Source of the DNA: Okamejei kenojei
Taxonomy: Eukaryota
Reading direction: 5' to 3'
Assembly (NCBI GenBank): GCA_035221665.1
Contig: CM069133.1
Location: forward strand, 44,826,001-44,890,000
Length of the DNA stretch: 64,000 bases
Part shown: positions 1 through 14,285 of the stretch, piece by piece
How the letters are laid out: each line of letters starts with the position of its first letter
Numbering within the stretch: position 1 is the stretch's first letter
Notes under the pieces: model-generated
The model's input: the letters and a program-made list of their open reading frames with translations, nothing else
Database searches by the model: none
Told to the model about the DNA's origin: nothing
Program-made: the position numbers and the translations under genes

Positions 1-2790
1 TTGCATTAGTGAGCTTCTTGTGCTCAGACACAGGCCCCTGTCTGGGTTACCTGCCATAGCCCATGCTTTGGTGGCTTCACGGGCTTTCAGTATGGATACT
101 CAGCTACATACTTTTCCAGCCAGGTCTGATGTTATGTGTCTTATTTTTATGCTTGCAGTAGGACTTACTGCCTACATATAAGGCGCTTACTATATCTTTA
201 TACATGGAGCAGATATCTTCCCTATGCTTCATATCTTTACAGTTAACATTACTACATATTATTGCATCTTTAGGTAGATGAATATTGCTTAAGGATTTAT
301 TTGTATGGGCATAATAGGCTAGGATGGCGTCCTTTGTAAGCGTTGACCAGTCCAGTTTTTCTGTGTTAAGGCTATTTCTATCTCTGGATACCACAGGTAT
401 GTGTTCAACATTTATTGTCATAGCAACAGGTATATGATCAGTCATTGTGCCCGTACAGAATGCTCATACACCCAAATGAGGCATGTGCATCAGCTGTACT
501 AATACAGTGGTCCAGCCATGATGTGGTTGTGCCAGGCCTCACTAATATAAGTATAGCTATCTGTAGGTAAAAGCACTTTGCTTGATAATATTAAATTATT
601 ATCTTGACAGAACTGAGCCATATGATTGGCAAATAATGAGTTCCTATCTGAGATATCTGCATTCATATCCCCAATGACATATACGGTACATATAATTATT
701 GTTTTGAATGAAAGAATAGATGAAAGCAGGTCTATTTAAATATTCATCCTCATTCTGATGACATTCATAGGGTGTATATACATTCAGGATAACAAATTCC
801 TTATTGTTGTGAATAAAGTGTATGGCAATGCACCAATCAACATCAAGCTGAATCAAATTTACTGATGAGTCAAGCTTCTTGTTCCATAGAATGGCCACCC
901 CACCTGGTATCCTACCTCTGACTATTCCCATGCCAAGGTCAGTTGTAGACTCCCCAACCCCGTGAAAGTTGTCATTGAGAGAATTGAGTTTGTCATAGTC
1001 TTGCTTCGCTAAGAATGTCTCTTGCATACATAGTATGCCACAGTTTCCAGGAGGTTGTCAACAATGAGCGGCGAGAGCTTTATCCCTTGCACTCTGGCCC
1101 AAATGCAGGCCACGACAATTGTATGATAGTACTCTAATGTTCATTTAGTAAGACTAGTGAGTGCCCCTAGCACCAGCAGGTATACTCATTCGCCCCGCGG
1201 CAGGCGCAGTGCTTGATCCGATTACTCCAACCCTGCGCGGCTCGTAATAGCGCCGTACAAATGCCCCTTCTGGCCAGATCTCCGGATTGTACATTTCGCC
1301 AACCTCATTGCATTCCGCAGATACTTTAAATGAACTGTATCTACTGTGTACATTGTCAATCTTTTGACAGGTAACCTCACGGCCAAGTTTTTCATTAAGA
1401 TAGACAGATAAAGTTCTGACGTCTAGATCTGGTGAAAACGTGGAGGCAAAAACACTCACCAGCTTAGTCTTAATCATTTTGATGTTGCCCGCAGCTCCGG
1501 TACCAATAGTAGGCATAGCATTACTGGATTTCTTTATCTGCCCGGTGGACAATTTTGGCTTACGAACAGTGTTGTCTGGAGCATGTCGTCGACCCTTTTT
1601 CACAACATGACTCCACTTTGGAGAGTCTTGCAACGTTAGACCATTGGGACTATTCTCCACGTTTAATGCAAGGCCCTCGCCACAGCCCTCACTCCAACAA
1701 CTAAGCCAGAGGCTCCTGCCCGTGCAGCTCCCAGTGCTGTCTCTGCCATGCCAATGGTTCATCCAACACCGCCAATGCATCTGGGACCACCGCCCCGAGA
1801 CAGGTCAGTGTTGTGCTCCAATGCACACACTGGAGTAGTGATCAAGGTGCGCTTCCAATGCACCCCACTCAGCGATCAAAATTCCACCGTGATGGCACGA
1901 AAATCTTCGCTTATATCAGCCTGTAGCTGCATGATGTGTTTCATTGAACAGACCTCAGCGTACAGCTTGCTCCATTCTCCCAAGTAGGCTCGAGACATCT
2001 ATGTTAGAAAATGTCACCGGCGGGGCAGTTCATCCAAGTAGTGAGAGACAAATCTAGGAGTATTCTCCCGCACACTCATTCATTACTTTAAGGCAACTCT
2101 TTATGTTGTTTATGTCTTTCTGTGCCCCTTTATGGGAGACGTTCCGCTGTGTAGTGGGGCAGAGTTCAAACAGACTTTCTTCGAGGACTCTATCCACTCA
2201 GAGTCAAAGGTATTTTGCGGCCAGAAGGACGATGTCATCCTGCTTAATGTCTTAATCTTTACAGCAAGAAAAATTAAGTAACTCATCCTCGACAGTAACC
2301 TTACCGTCAACAGTCTTGTAGATCACAGGCTTCATTTCTAGACCTGCCAAGACGAGGTGCAATGCTTGAACGCTAAACTTCGCCTGTCTACTTGCTGCCC
2401 ATGGCCGATGCACCAGCTCTCCCGTCGCCTCTTGCCCTTTTGGCACCAAGTTCCAGGTTTTCACTGCTCACGCTCTGGGTCTCTGCTGTTCCAAGCTCCG
2501 GGCTCCGCTGCCTGACTCCAGCACCACTGCTCCCCAGCCCAGGTCGGGCCCGTCTCGGGCCACAGCTCCGGCTGTTCACCGCTGAACTTGGTGCCCGTTC
2601 CCCGGGCCTGGACTGTGACTCTCTCCCGGCACTGCGCTGGACGTTAAGGACCAGGGTTTTTTTGCCAGCAACAGTGCCAAGGTGACATTCGCACTCCTCG
2701 CAGGGGGTAAGTAAGTTGTTTTTTTGTTTTTTTTGGGCACTAAGGACACAAGTTTGACTTTGCCGCCAGGCGCGAGAACGTGACCGTAGT
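1..2790 (-). mobile_element. 5' part of a non-LTR retrotransposon (RTE-X-like; ORF1 ~2333-1154, ORF2 APE endonuclease from ~1144), degenerate, runs off the window start
   Basis: SYNCRGL, QETFL, GGVAILW, LNVYTPY and TDHIPV APE motifs. ORF1 ends in YSSFKV...IWPEGAFVRRY. Frameshifted; clade assignment is from memory. Confidence 0.75.
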
Positions 2791-2999
2791 GTGTGTAAGA
2801 TAGTGTTGTTAATTATCAAGAACCATCAGTTTTTACTGATACTTAATGTGATTTTTGTGTGTAATAAGTAGTGCTGGTCTGCAATCTTATGCTGATACTA
2901 AAGTCATAGCATTATTACTTTCAATGTTAATTTTTTGAATTATTGATAGAATTGGGAGTCCATTGCCTAAGGCAAGACAGGACTATGCCTATATATATA

Positions 3000-5900
3000 T
3001 TCCTTTTACATATCGGGATATTACGGATGAGCCCGATAAAATTCTTGGTCAGCAATTTGTCCGAATAGGACAGATAAACACTATGAGCCCCTATTATTGG
3101 CCCCTGTCACTTAGATGCTCCGAGAAAAAATGCAATCCACAAGGAAACTCCCATGTATCTAATAATGATAAAATAACTTTTACTGTCTACAAAAAGACTT
3201 CCAATTTCTTATAAAAAAAAATATTGTTTTTTTAATGCTATTTCTCCAAATTGCAAGTATAACATTCCTTTTGTACATAATTTGTTATATTGTTAAAACA
3301 TTCAATAGACTCCTCTCCTATGACTATCAACTGTTTAATGGTCTCGGTCAAAACATGCAAGATAACCCAAATTCTATCTTCATGCATGGATGAATTTTTG
3401 TCAACAATAAATTACTACACTTATGAGTCGTCATAAACTTGTTCAAACATCACTCTCAACATTATGAGAACCATGACGTCGGTTTGGGCCACCAAATGCG
3501 CCCCTGGCAGTGTCTGCACATTTTCATTAGACCACTGCCCAATTAGACAAGAATTGTAGGAACATTAAAAGAACATCTTTCCTCATTTAATTTAGCGAAA
3601 ATGATCCACCGCTCTGCTCCTGGTTTTCCCAGGAGAAAATTTGGCAATCAGTGATTTTATTGGACACAATATAGATTAATCTTATGTAATATGCCCGCAT
3701 AGTAATGACAATGGTTTTTTCCCATGATTTGTTGTCGTGCGCAACATTGGTCACCGCCTTAGAGATAAACATCTGAACTCAGATATTAAATGAAACGCAC
3801 ATCTGGTTTACCAGATAATCACTGTTAATGAATCTCCTTGACCCATGTGATTGATAAATGCCCCAGCTGTTGTATTGTTCACTGATTGGACATGCAAACT
3901 TTCATAGTAGACAATAAGCTTTTAATCATATAAAAAAGTCTCCTGATACTCCAATATTAATACAAATGTTTGGAGGGAAAAAATGTTTTCTTAGGACAAT
4001 CATTTGCAACTCCCTGGTGTTATTGTCCGTGCTCCTAAACAAGGGACGTATTCAAATATTAACCTTATAAAGAATAGATATTATACTTATCTTAGCCCAA
4101 ATAATCACAGAAACTGTCCATAATCTGAGAATACTTGCTTTCAGTTTGCAAACAAGCTGCTAAGCTTATATGTTAAAGCAGCTTGTGGAACTTCTCTATC
4201 CACACTTTTATTCTGATTTAAAGTATCCTTTGGTAATTGATAGGGCCTGTCAAAAAAGGCCTGCATACTCACATATAATGCTTGTGTTTTTCCATGTTTT
4301 TGGAGCTTTTTTACTCATATTACCTAAGAGCATTCTCGGATAGAAGGGACAAAGTTTGTCTAACAAAGCAATGACACTATTTGTAATATTGACATTTTGT
4401 TTATTGGAAAAAAAAAATTCCCCCATATGGTGCTGAATTACTCCTAAACCCAGATAGTAATTTGTTTAGGATGCCTCTAAAACTAGTTTTTATGGATGGG
4501 TCAGGGACCCTAGCCTCTCAAAGGCTTGAAATTGCTGCACTAATTTGCAGCTGGACTCCTGATCAACCTTCCAATTTAAAATGTGATCAAGATAACCATG
4601 ACCATGTGTCCTCATTAGTGCAAGTGGCTGATCTTCTATCAGGTGCAAATGCTGTTCCAATAATTGTGTGAACAACCTAGAACTGAGTTTAAGCATTAGA
4701 CAATGTTCTTATAACGTTGCAACAGTGACCCATTAATTATTTCAAGCACTGTAAATATGATAATAATGGTACTAAAATACCATCTTTCAAGTCTGTATAG
4801 TAATGATTTAAAATTGTTAACAACAACTGTTTTGCAGATTGAGATGTCCATTTTGATAAAATGTTTTACACTGTAAAGGTGTATTTAAAATGATGTCTAG
4901 TATGGCTTTACACCACATCTACCTTTTTCCCTGGGGAAATTTATCTGATAACATTTGCTGAGATACTGCTTCTTTGATTGGAGATATTTTGGGGACAAGA
5001 AGCAAATCATTTTTAGGTTTTCCTATAAAGATGGAATCAATCATTGATCATAACACACCTGATAATCTCCCCAATGGGAGATTTCTCAACTTCCTTCTGT
5101 AACATGTTTTTGCACCTCTTCAATTAAAGCCTTTATCCCCACCATATGGGTTCACATAAAGCTGTGTAGTTGGATTACTATATTTCTTTACCATACTCCT
5201 GCCTCTGTTTGATCCATTATCAATCTTTACATTGATCATAATTTTGCCAATTGTTAATGACCAGTAGTTCTTTCCTTTTAAACAATGTCTTGATTTATCT
5301 TGACGCAGGTTTTACTCCATAAATAATCAGGAGTTTAACATGACAACTGGATCGTGTACTCAATGACCTGCAAATCTAAAATCCCAATAACAATTACATA
5401 TATCNNNNNNNNNNNNNNNNNNNNNNNNNNNNNNNNNNNNNNNNNNNNNNNNNNNNNNNNNNNNNNNNNNNNNNNNNNNNNNNNNNNNNNNNNNNNNNNN
5501 NNNNNNNNNNNNNNNNNNNNNNNNNNNNNNNNNNNNNNNNNNNNNNNNNNNNNNNNNNNNNNNNNNNNNNNNNNNNNNNNNNNAGCTCCACTAACCTAAT
5601 GCAATTTGTCTTTTTATTCATTTTCTTTTTTTGGTTTTGCCACAATGTTTTTTGACTTGTTTTACCTAAGTAGTGATGCACGCACCAGCTTGAAATTCTT
5701 TGAAATCGTATTTCCTTATGTCTCCATATAATTGAGACATGGGGATACCGTAATCGCAATGTGCCCGTTAGGTGTACCTTATCTGAAAAGCACAAATGTT
5801 GTTGATCAATTAACTCAGCCCGTTTTCCAACCATAACTCAGCCTTATTAGAGCATGGTCGATGGAGGCCAATTAATGTTGGTTACCATGAGTTTCCTTTC

Positions 5901-6845
5901 ATGGCCTCACATCCTTCATTCAGGTATCGTACTTAGTACACTTGTATGTATATTTGTGCTGTAGTGGGTACTTATGCACCAGCACACTAATCAATGCACC
6001 TTCAGGGTCAGTTTTTATGTCATTTTGCCTTAAATGACGGATGGACCCTGGGTAGGACGTGGCCTGAGACTTTTGCTCAGCGCAGACATTAAGAGAACGT
6101 CCGTCCACACCAATCTTGAGGTAGATATTTCCCCGGTAAAAAACGAACACTATATGCGCAGCGATATGTAAGACCCACATCAGGGTCTGCTTGATTGCGA
6201 GAATATGTCTGGGGCCTTTTTTAAAACCCTTTTGGTTTGAATTTAAATTGGAGTCTTTCTCCATAATTTATTCTAGCCATAAAGCTTTTTTTTTTGTCTG
6301 GAGGCCTTTTTTATTGCAACTTTCTAAATCATGGCTCTCAACAAACTTCTTAAAATGTTTCATTCGCTCTCCACTGGTGTTTTTCGTCTATAGCCAAAGG
6401 TTGTTGTAGTTTGGGGAGCAACTTAAAGTCTCCCTACAGTGACGTACTTTACATGGCCTTGTATGGAACGAGAACGTCTGCACTAATGCTGCCCCGTCCC
6501 GATCGCTGAGTTTTCCCCCCGGGACGCTTTTTAAACTCTGTTTTTCACCGGAGGTATTTTCTTTCTGTTTAACTTTTAAACTCCGTTTTTTCACCTGTGG
6601 TATCTACTTCTTCTTTTAGAACTCCTGGTGAGCTGTACTCACCGCCACGGAGACATGCCCTGTAAGTTATTCCAATGTTTTAAAAAAACTTACCTGGTAT
6701 GGCCCCGGTTCCCGGACGCGCGAGAGGAGCTTAGCGCTCTGCAGCTCTGTGCTCTGCCCGTCCAGGCGTCGACGTATGGCACCGATCAGACCAGGCGGGG
6801 CTTCGTTCCAGTAGTCAGCTCACGTGACTCCAGAAGTTTAAATAG
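3000..6845 (-). mobile_element. Highly degenerate DIRS1-type tyrosine-recombinase retrotransposon
   Basis: Terminus ctcacgtgactccagaagtttaaat (~6819-6843) resembles the termini of the two other DIRS copies. RNase H-like NTTA..FINHMG on minus at ~3840-3878; 5' splice donor at 6688-6695. Left boundary uncertain. Confidence 0.6.
5405..5583. other. Assembly gap
   Basis: Run of N. Confidence 1.
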
Positions 6846-6859
6846 CTGTGTGTAAGTGC

Positions 6860-7361
6860 TGACATTTATCACATTAGGAGATACATTTGAAAAAATTTTA
6901 TGTAATTGGGATTTGGATATAATGCAATTATGTAAATACTTTTAATTTGTTGTCAATAGAGTGGGTCTAGCATTTAAGGAATCAGTGGTGTTTTATGTTG
7001 TAAACTTCATCCCATACTTCTGTAGAATTATTTGACCTAAATTCGTTTTTCCCCATAATTGCCTATATATTTCTGGTCATGGGTAATCGTTTTCCCAATA
7101 AAATGTTAGTAAGATATGATATCAATTTTTCTAGTGTTCGGGGTGTTTATTTAGACATTCATCCTAAAAATTTCTGTTCTGTCTTTTTCTAAATTTGTGT
7201 ATTTGATTTTACATAGTCTCTGATTTTGTAAATGTCTAAAGTAATCTTTTGAATGATAATTCATTAAATTTTGTTGTAGTCCTGGAAATGAAAGAAAGGA
7301 GTTTTCCCTTGTCGAGATCGCCCGATCTTATTAATTCCATAGTTTTTTCCAATTGTAAAAA
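6860..7361 (-). mobile_element. L1/Tx1-type ORF2 C-terminal fragment
   Basis: AT-rich; GDL...LLSF..., IRDYVK segment comparable to the L1 ORF2 at ~21300-21600. Confidence 0.6.
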
Positions 7362-7861
7362 NNNNNNNNNNNNNNNNNNNNNNNNNNNNNNNNNNNNNNN
7401 NNNNNNNNNNNNNNNNNNNNNNNNNNNNNNNNNNNNNNNNNNNNNNNNNNNNNNNNNNNNNNNNNNNNNNNNNNNNNNNNNNNNNNNNNNNNNNNNNNNN
7501 NNNNNNNNNNNNNNNNNNNNNNNNNNNNNNNNNNNNNNNNNNNNNNNNNNNNNNNNNNNNNNNNNNNNNNNNNNNNNNNNNNNNNNNNNNNNNNNNNNNN
7601 NNNNNNNNNNNNNNNNNNNNNNNNNNNNNNNNNNNNNNNNNNNNNNNNNNNNNNNNNNNNNNNNNNNNNNNNNNNNNNNNNNNNNNNNNNNNNNNNNNNN
7701 NNNNNNNNNNNNNNNNNNNNNNNNNNNNNNNNNNNNNNNNNNNNNNNNNNNNNNNNNNNNNNNNNNNNNNNNNNNNNNNNNNNNNNNNNNNNNNNNNNNN
7801 NNNNNNNNNNNNNNNNNNNNNNNNNNNNNNNNNNNNNNNNNNNNNNNNNNNNNNNNNNNNN
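7362..7861. other. Assembly gap
   Basis: Run of 500 N. Confidence 1.
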
Positions 7862-8990
7862 AGGCAGAGACAATGGGTCTGCCAGGGCAAGTCGGGTTTG
7901 TGGATTTTGGGGAGAAGGTAAAATCGGCCATTGGCGGGGCAGGGAAACGATGAAGGTGGAGGCTCGGGGGGGGTAGGAGCGAGCTGATGAAGTCGGCTTA
8001 TGGTGCTCGCATGGTAGCCGGTGTTCGTCAGTGGTCCCATGGCCAGGGTAAGTAGGAGGAGTGTCCAAGATTGGCAACGCGGCCTCTCTTTGAGAGATAC
8101 GATGCGCCGACTACCACGGCAAACCTCCCTTGTCGGCGGGTTCTGCGATAACCCAGTCTGGGTTGTTACGAGTGAGTCGATGGCAGTACGTTCGGGCTGG
8201 AGAGACTTGGAGTGAGAACTCAGGGAGGAGAAGGCGAGGTGGTTTGATGCCCCGACGGCAGTTCCTGGATAAATAGTTTTTTAGGCTAACAAGTGTGGAT
8301 CCAAGAGAGGGGTACCTGGAGACCAAGGAAAGGGGATCATCAGTGTAGGGCAAGGACTTCTTTCCACCATGGAAGAGAACGCTGCTGACAGGCGGCGAGG
8401 CGACGGAGAAGAGCTCAAGCGCGTTGTGGGGCGCGCGAAACTCACATGAGGTGGGGACAGAGGGGGACAAAGTAAAGAACTCTGCTGAGGACGACAGACG
8501 CGTTCGATGCTGTCAGATCATGGGGACGCGGTCCGGGCGATGGTGAATCCCGCGGCAAGGAAGGGGGTTGTGGCCGAGGAAGCAGGTGAGTCACTGAGAT
8601 GGAGCGTTTGTGTGGTTGGGGGTGAGGGTGTCAGGGGGTGGGAGGTATGGGGCTGTGTGTGGGTGGGGAAGAGCAGCGGGTTTACATGGAGGGGTGGCAT
8701 GGGAAGACCCAGTGGAATAGCCCTAAGGTTACTGGGCTGGGGAGATGGGCACTAGGACCCAGTGCCGTTTAAAGACAGTGGTGGGAGGAGTTTAGCCACG
8801 TGAGTCTCAGGCCCTCTGCAAGTCCGTCTGCAGTTGAGGCAACGGCTGTGAGGGCTCTGGTGGGAGGGATGTCGTGGTCAGCGCGGACCCGAAGGTAGGA
8901 GTCCGCGGTGCATGGAGTTTGGGGTCGCTAGGCGGGCGATGTGTTGAGCTCCCGGTCGACGGGCGATGCGTTGGAGGTCACGTGGGCGGA
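7862..8990 (-). mobile_element. Penelope-like element fragment (N-terminal RT region)
   Basis: PADKGG, FYLLPKIHKP and PGRPIVS motifs typical of PLE reverse transcriptases; frameshifted. Confidence 0.8.
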
Positions 8991-11854
8991 CCGCAACTTC
9001 CCTGTACACCTGTATTGTACTGTGCTACGGCTATACATTACAACTGTACTCTGAGATTGCTTCAATCTCATATGTATGTAAAAAAGTGCTTAAGAAAAAG
9101 TGATGCTTGTATTGACTGCTCACAGAACCACAAACTATGGACTATTTCAATATCACGAACAATGCACCACACACCACGGTCTACACACAGGACAAATAAT
9201 GTACCACACAAAGCGAGAGGAGATAAATAAAACAAACATCTTTAACCAAACTGATAAATGCCGGGTTACGAGATGGATGGACAAAGCAGCGTGAGGATTT
9301 ACTATTGACCAAGTTATATCTTTAGAAGTCAGAAATTTTGAACGAGAGGACATCATATACTCTAGCAGTCAGAAAGGAAATTAGGTTGGTAGTCTTGTAC
9401 ATTGTTCCTTAAAAGTGGCCGCACAGTCTGACCAAGTGCACTTTTTTAACATATGTGCTTCAGGCTTCATAATGCATCTGCAAACATTACAAGAATAAAG
9501 GAGTCTTGATGAACCCTTCCATAAAATGTCTGCCCAGCACAAGATTTTAAGAAAGATAGGGAGTATAGCAAAGTGATTTATCAAAATGACATCAAGAGAT
9601 GAGCAACAGTTCAGTTATGTGAGATTGAACAGTTAGAAACTGAGCCTGTTTTTCCACATCTGACATCGGAGTTCTGCTTAAGTGATTCATCCTGAGGCAG
9701 ACAGCTAAATGAGTTCATAGGTGAATGCGGGAAATCCTTACTTTTACGCTGCGAGAAGAAAGGACACGACAGTGTGCGCACACCACTGCGGAAGTTCATG
9801 GAATGGGGGAATGTCGGACAAGAATCGTCATGGCGGTGTTGCAATACTTAAGGCTGCGAAATATCATGCAACAGAATTACATATACACCAAGGCAGTCTC
9901 GATTCTACGAGGAGAATTGCCATATTCATCGCGCCTCAAACAACTCCTTACCAAGTTGCGTTAAATTCAAAAATCCTTCTTTCCCCATCATCAGGTCACG
10001 AGATGCAAATGATCGTTGATTTCACAATGTGTAATGCCCTCAGCAAATAATGTATCCCAGGCCCTGCAGAAGAGCAAAAAAGACGTCTCATAGACGCCAT
10101 GCAAAACCAGCGCCTATTTAAGAGCAGTTCCATCCTGAGGAAATTTACCTCCTGCTGCCCACTCACCAACTGCACAGCACAAAGCCAGGAGTGTAAATGA
10201 AGAATTTTCATTTACTTAGCTGAGAAGAGTGTGCAGAACAACTCAACACTAAGAGAAGAAAACAGCTGCTTTGATTGGGAACATCAACAGATGAAATCTG
10301 CATCACCCCGATTTTTAAAACCATCGCAAACCACCCCCGGATCTGGAAATATCTTCAGGCCTCTGAAATCATCTAATGCAGAGTTGGATCATAAGAGGAC
10401 ATTTAATGGAGAAGATTGATAAATCATTGAAGGATTATGAACAAAGTGAAAGGGATTCTGAATGGATACCCGATGTATTATGTCTTCCTTGCATCTTCAC
10501 TGGGTCTGTAATCCTGCAACTCCTTCCCAAACACCTAGTGGGTACAAGCTCACTGCAATGGTTTAAGAAGGTTCTCCACCACCACCTCCTTGTGAGCAGT
10601 GAGGGGTGTCAAATATTCTGAAAAAATATTTCAAAAAGTAATGGAAATAATTCAGAAAGTAGTTCAAGATAGTCCAGAAGTTTGCATGATTCCGCTCTCA
10701 CTCATGTTCAACTCCGCATTCCAACACATCCGCGTATTTGAATCATCTTCACCCAACACAACACCCCAGTAAATATCAACCAAATCCTGGAAATTCAAAC
10801 CCTACATGCTGCAAAGTATCACGTGTTAAACCAAATAACAGTCAACCTACACCTTTAGGATTAAAAATAAATGGTGTTGTGACAAAATGCCAATCCCTTC
10901 GTAGTAATTGTTGGAATTTCTGCTTGTTTTGCATCAGATATTGGCATTATTTATTATTGTTTGTGTGTACTGAAATAGGGTGCTATCCATCAAACCATAC
11001 CAAAACCACATTACAATCAAGTCGTATCAAATGTAAACCACTTACTGCCAAGCGAAAAAAGTCCTCATGGCATTCGAGTATTACAGTTATGGAGAATAAG
11101 TGCAAGGTCTGCATTTGAGTAGTTTTAGGGGGGGGGAACATTGGGGACTACACCCAAGCCCATCGGAGGAACCATTTAGGTTCTGCTAACAGCAAGGAAG
11201 AAGCTGTTCTTCAAATCTGATGGAACATGCTTTCAAGCATTTGATCCTCCTGCCCAATGGAAGAGGAAAAGAAATGACATAGTAAACTGGACTTGAATTG
11301 CGTTCCTAAGCAGGTGGAAGGCAGATGAAATCGAAGGTGGGAAAGGTGTCTGTGTGATGGAACTGGGCTTAGATCCACACTGGAATTTCTTGCAGTCTTG
11401 CAGAGCGGAACACAAACCAAGCTGTGAATAATTAATGGTGTAACATCCTCTCCATAATACAGACAAATAAAACAAAAACAATCATCAATACAGTGATGGT
11501 TTCTATTTCTATGAACAGGATCTCCAGAATGTAGCATTTTTTCCTGCTTGAATTGGCACTTGTATGTTCAACTGTTCCACGAGGTCCTGCTTGGGACCAC
11601 AATCGCCAACACTTCCTCAAAATGGAAGAATTCTTCAGGTACTGGGTTTTTAAAAATGCAGACTGATTGTCCTTTTCCAAACACGAGAAAATAGTTTGGT
11701 GTCAAACTAATAGTGAGACAACTCAAACCTGCTTCACCTTTGATGGAAATATGGCTGATATACCATTGTCCTGCCTATTCTTAAATCCACATCGGAGCTG
11801 TTCTCTTTCCTTCTATTCTCAACAGGGACAGGGATGAGAAATAGCTCTTGAAAG

Positions 11855-12145
11855 ACAGCACAGTGGTTCAATCTGGTGTGCCTACTGCTTCACAGCGCAA
11901 GAAACAGGATCAATCCTGACTCCGATTCAGTCTGTGTAGATTTTACACCTCTCCCTATAAACATGTGGATTTTCTCCCGCATCCAAAGACAAACGGTTGT
12001 AGTAAAATTGTCCTCTGTAAAATGGCCCCAAGTGGTGTAGGGGGACGGATGCAAAAGCAGATTAATATAAAACTTGTGTGAATGGATGTTCGAATGGTTA
12101 GCATGAACTCGCCGTGAGCCGAAGGGTCTGTTTCCCCCATGCAAG
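11855..12145 (+). mobile_element. tRNA-derived V-SINE (HE1-like)
   Basis: cagcacagtggttc...ctgcttcacagcg head, central gtggatttttctcc, CR1-derived tail gagccgaagggtctgtttcc. Confidence 0.65.
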
Positions 12146-12170
12146 AAATATATTTATAATAATCACATAT

Positions 12171-12920
12171 GAAACATAGAAAATAGGTGCACGAGTAGGC
12201 CATTTGGCCTTTCGAGCCTGCACCCGCCATTCAATATGATAATGGCTGATCATCCAAATCTAGTATCCTGTACCTGCCTTCTCTCCATACCCCCTGATCC
12301 TTTTAGCCACCAGGGCCACATCTAACTCCCTCTTAAATATTAGCCAATGAACTGGCCTCAACTACCTCTGTGGCAGAGAATTCCACAGATTCACCACTCT
12401 CTGTGTGAAAAATGTTTTTCTCAACTCGGTCCTAAAAAGGCTTCCCCCTTATCCTTAAACTGTGACCCCTTGTTCTGGACTACCGCCCCAACATCGGGAA
12501 CAATCTTCCTGCCATCTAGCCTGTCCTACCCCTTTAAAAATGTTGTACGTTTCTTTAAGATCCCCCCTAAATCTTCTAAATTCTTAGCGAGAGTACCAGC
12601 CAAGTCTATCCAGTCTTTCTTCAGTGAAAGTCCTGCCACAACCCAGGAATCAGTCTGGTGAACCTTCTGTGTACTCCCTCTATGGCAAGAATGTCTTTCC
12701 TCAGATTAGGAGACCAAAACTGTATGCAATACGCCAGGTGTGGTCTCACCAATGACCTGTACAACTGCAGTAGCACCTCCCTGCTCTTATACTCAAATGC
12801 TTTTGTTATGAGTGTGTGCTAAATACCATTCGCTTTCTCACTGCCTGCTGCAGCTGCATGCCTACTTTAAATGACTGTGTACCAAGACACCCAGGTCTCG
12901 TTGCATCTCCCCTTTTCCTA
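12171..12920 (-). mobile_element. CR1 LINE 3' fragment
   Basis: gaaacatagaaa tail, same 3' UTR as other copies, ORF2 C-terminal remnants. Confidence 0.9.
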
Positions 12921-13084
12921 ACAGCCACATATCGGATTTTGGATCAGGCCATGGAGAGCCGTGCACATGAAAGTCTTGAATATTATCTCAGCAATCATCA
13001 TGTCAGCCTGGCCCAGGAATTCAAGACCGTGACTCGAGAATCTTATGACCTGATCCGTGGAACTGGCTGCTACAGGGAGAAGTA

Positions 13085-14200
13085 GAAAACTAAACAGGGA
13101 GAGCCAGTGGATGTATGTACCTGGACTTTCAGAAATAATTTGATGTCCCACATAGGAATTAGTGGGCAAAATTAAAACATTGTATTGGGGGTAGAGTGCT
13201 GACATGGATAGAAAATTGGTTGGCAGACAGGAAACAAAGGGTAGGGTTTATTAACGGGTTCCCTTTCAGAATGGCAGGCGGTGACTGGTACCGCAAGGCT
13301 CGGTGCTTGGACTGCAGCTATTTACAATTTATATTAATGATTTGGGACGAAGGGATTTAAATGTAACATTAGCAAATTTGCACATGTCCACAAGCTGGTG
13401 GTAGTCTGAACAGTGAGAGGATGCTATGCGGAATGCAGGGTGACTTGGATAGGATGGGTGAGTGGCAGATGCATGGCAGATGTAGTTTAATGCGGATAAG
13501 TGTGAGGTTATCCACTTTGGTGGCAAAACCAGGAAGGCAGATTATTATCTAAATGGCATCAAGTTTGGAAAAGGGGAAGTACAACGGGATCTGGAGGTCC
13601 TTGTTCATCAGTCAATGAAAGTAAGTATGCAAGTACAGCAGGCAGTGAAGAAAGCAAATGGCATGTTGGCCTTCATAACAAGAGGAGTTGAGTATAGGAG
13701 CAAAGAGGTCCTTCTGCAGTTGTACAGGGCCCTAGTGAGACCAGGATAGAATTGAGCGGCTGGGCTTGATAGAATGGAGCGGCTGGGCTTGTATACTCTG
13801 AAATTTAGAAGGATGAGAGGATATCTTATTGAAACATAAGATTAGTGAAGGTCTGGAAACGCTAAAGGCAGGAAACATGTTCCCAATGTAGGGGGAGTTC
13901 AGAACCAGGGGCCACAGTTTAAGAATAAGGGGTAAGCCATTTAGAACGGAGGTGAGGAAAAACTTTTTCCCACAGAGAGTTGTGAGTGTGGAATTCTCTG
14001 CCTCATAGGGTGGTGGAGGCTGGTTCTCTGGATGCTTTCAAGAGAGAACTAGACAGAGCTCTTAACGATAGAGAAGTCAAGGAATATGGGGAGAAGGTAG
14101 GAACGGGGTACTAATTGTGGATGATCAGCCATGATCACAATGAATGGCGGTGCTGGCTCGAAGGGCCGAACGGCATTCACCTGCACCTATTGTCTATTGT
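13085..14200 (+). mobile_element. CR1 LINE 3' fragment (different subfamily, ctattgt tail)
   Basis: YLDFQK, PQGSVLG, KCEVIHFG and RTRGHSL remnants; ends ctattgtctattgt. Confidence 0.9.
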
Positions 14201-14285
14201 TTAAACACAGAACTGTGTTTTAGAAGAGAAATGAAAAAAGGGAAGAGAGGAAAAGAAGGATACTATGATGGGTTGAGATGAAGTG

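Noticed and set aside
5354-8077. Long ORFs containing X runs
   Set aside because: Artefacts of translating through N gaps.
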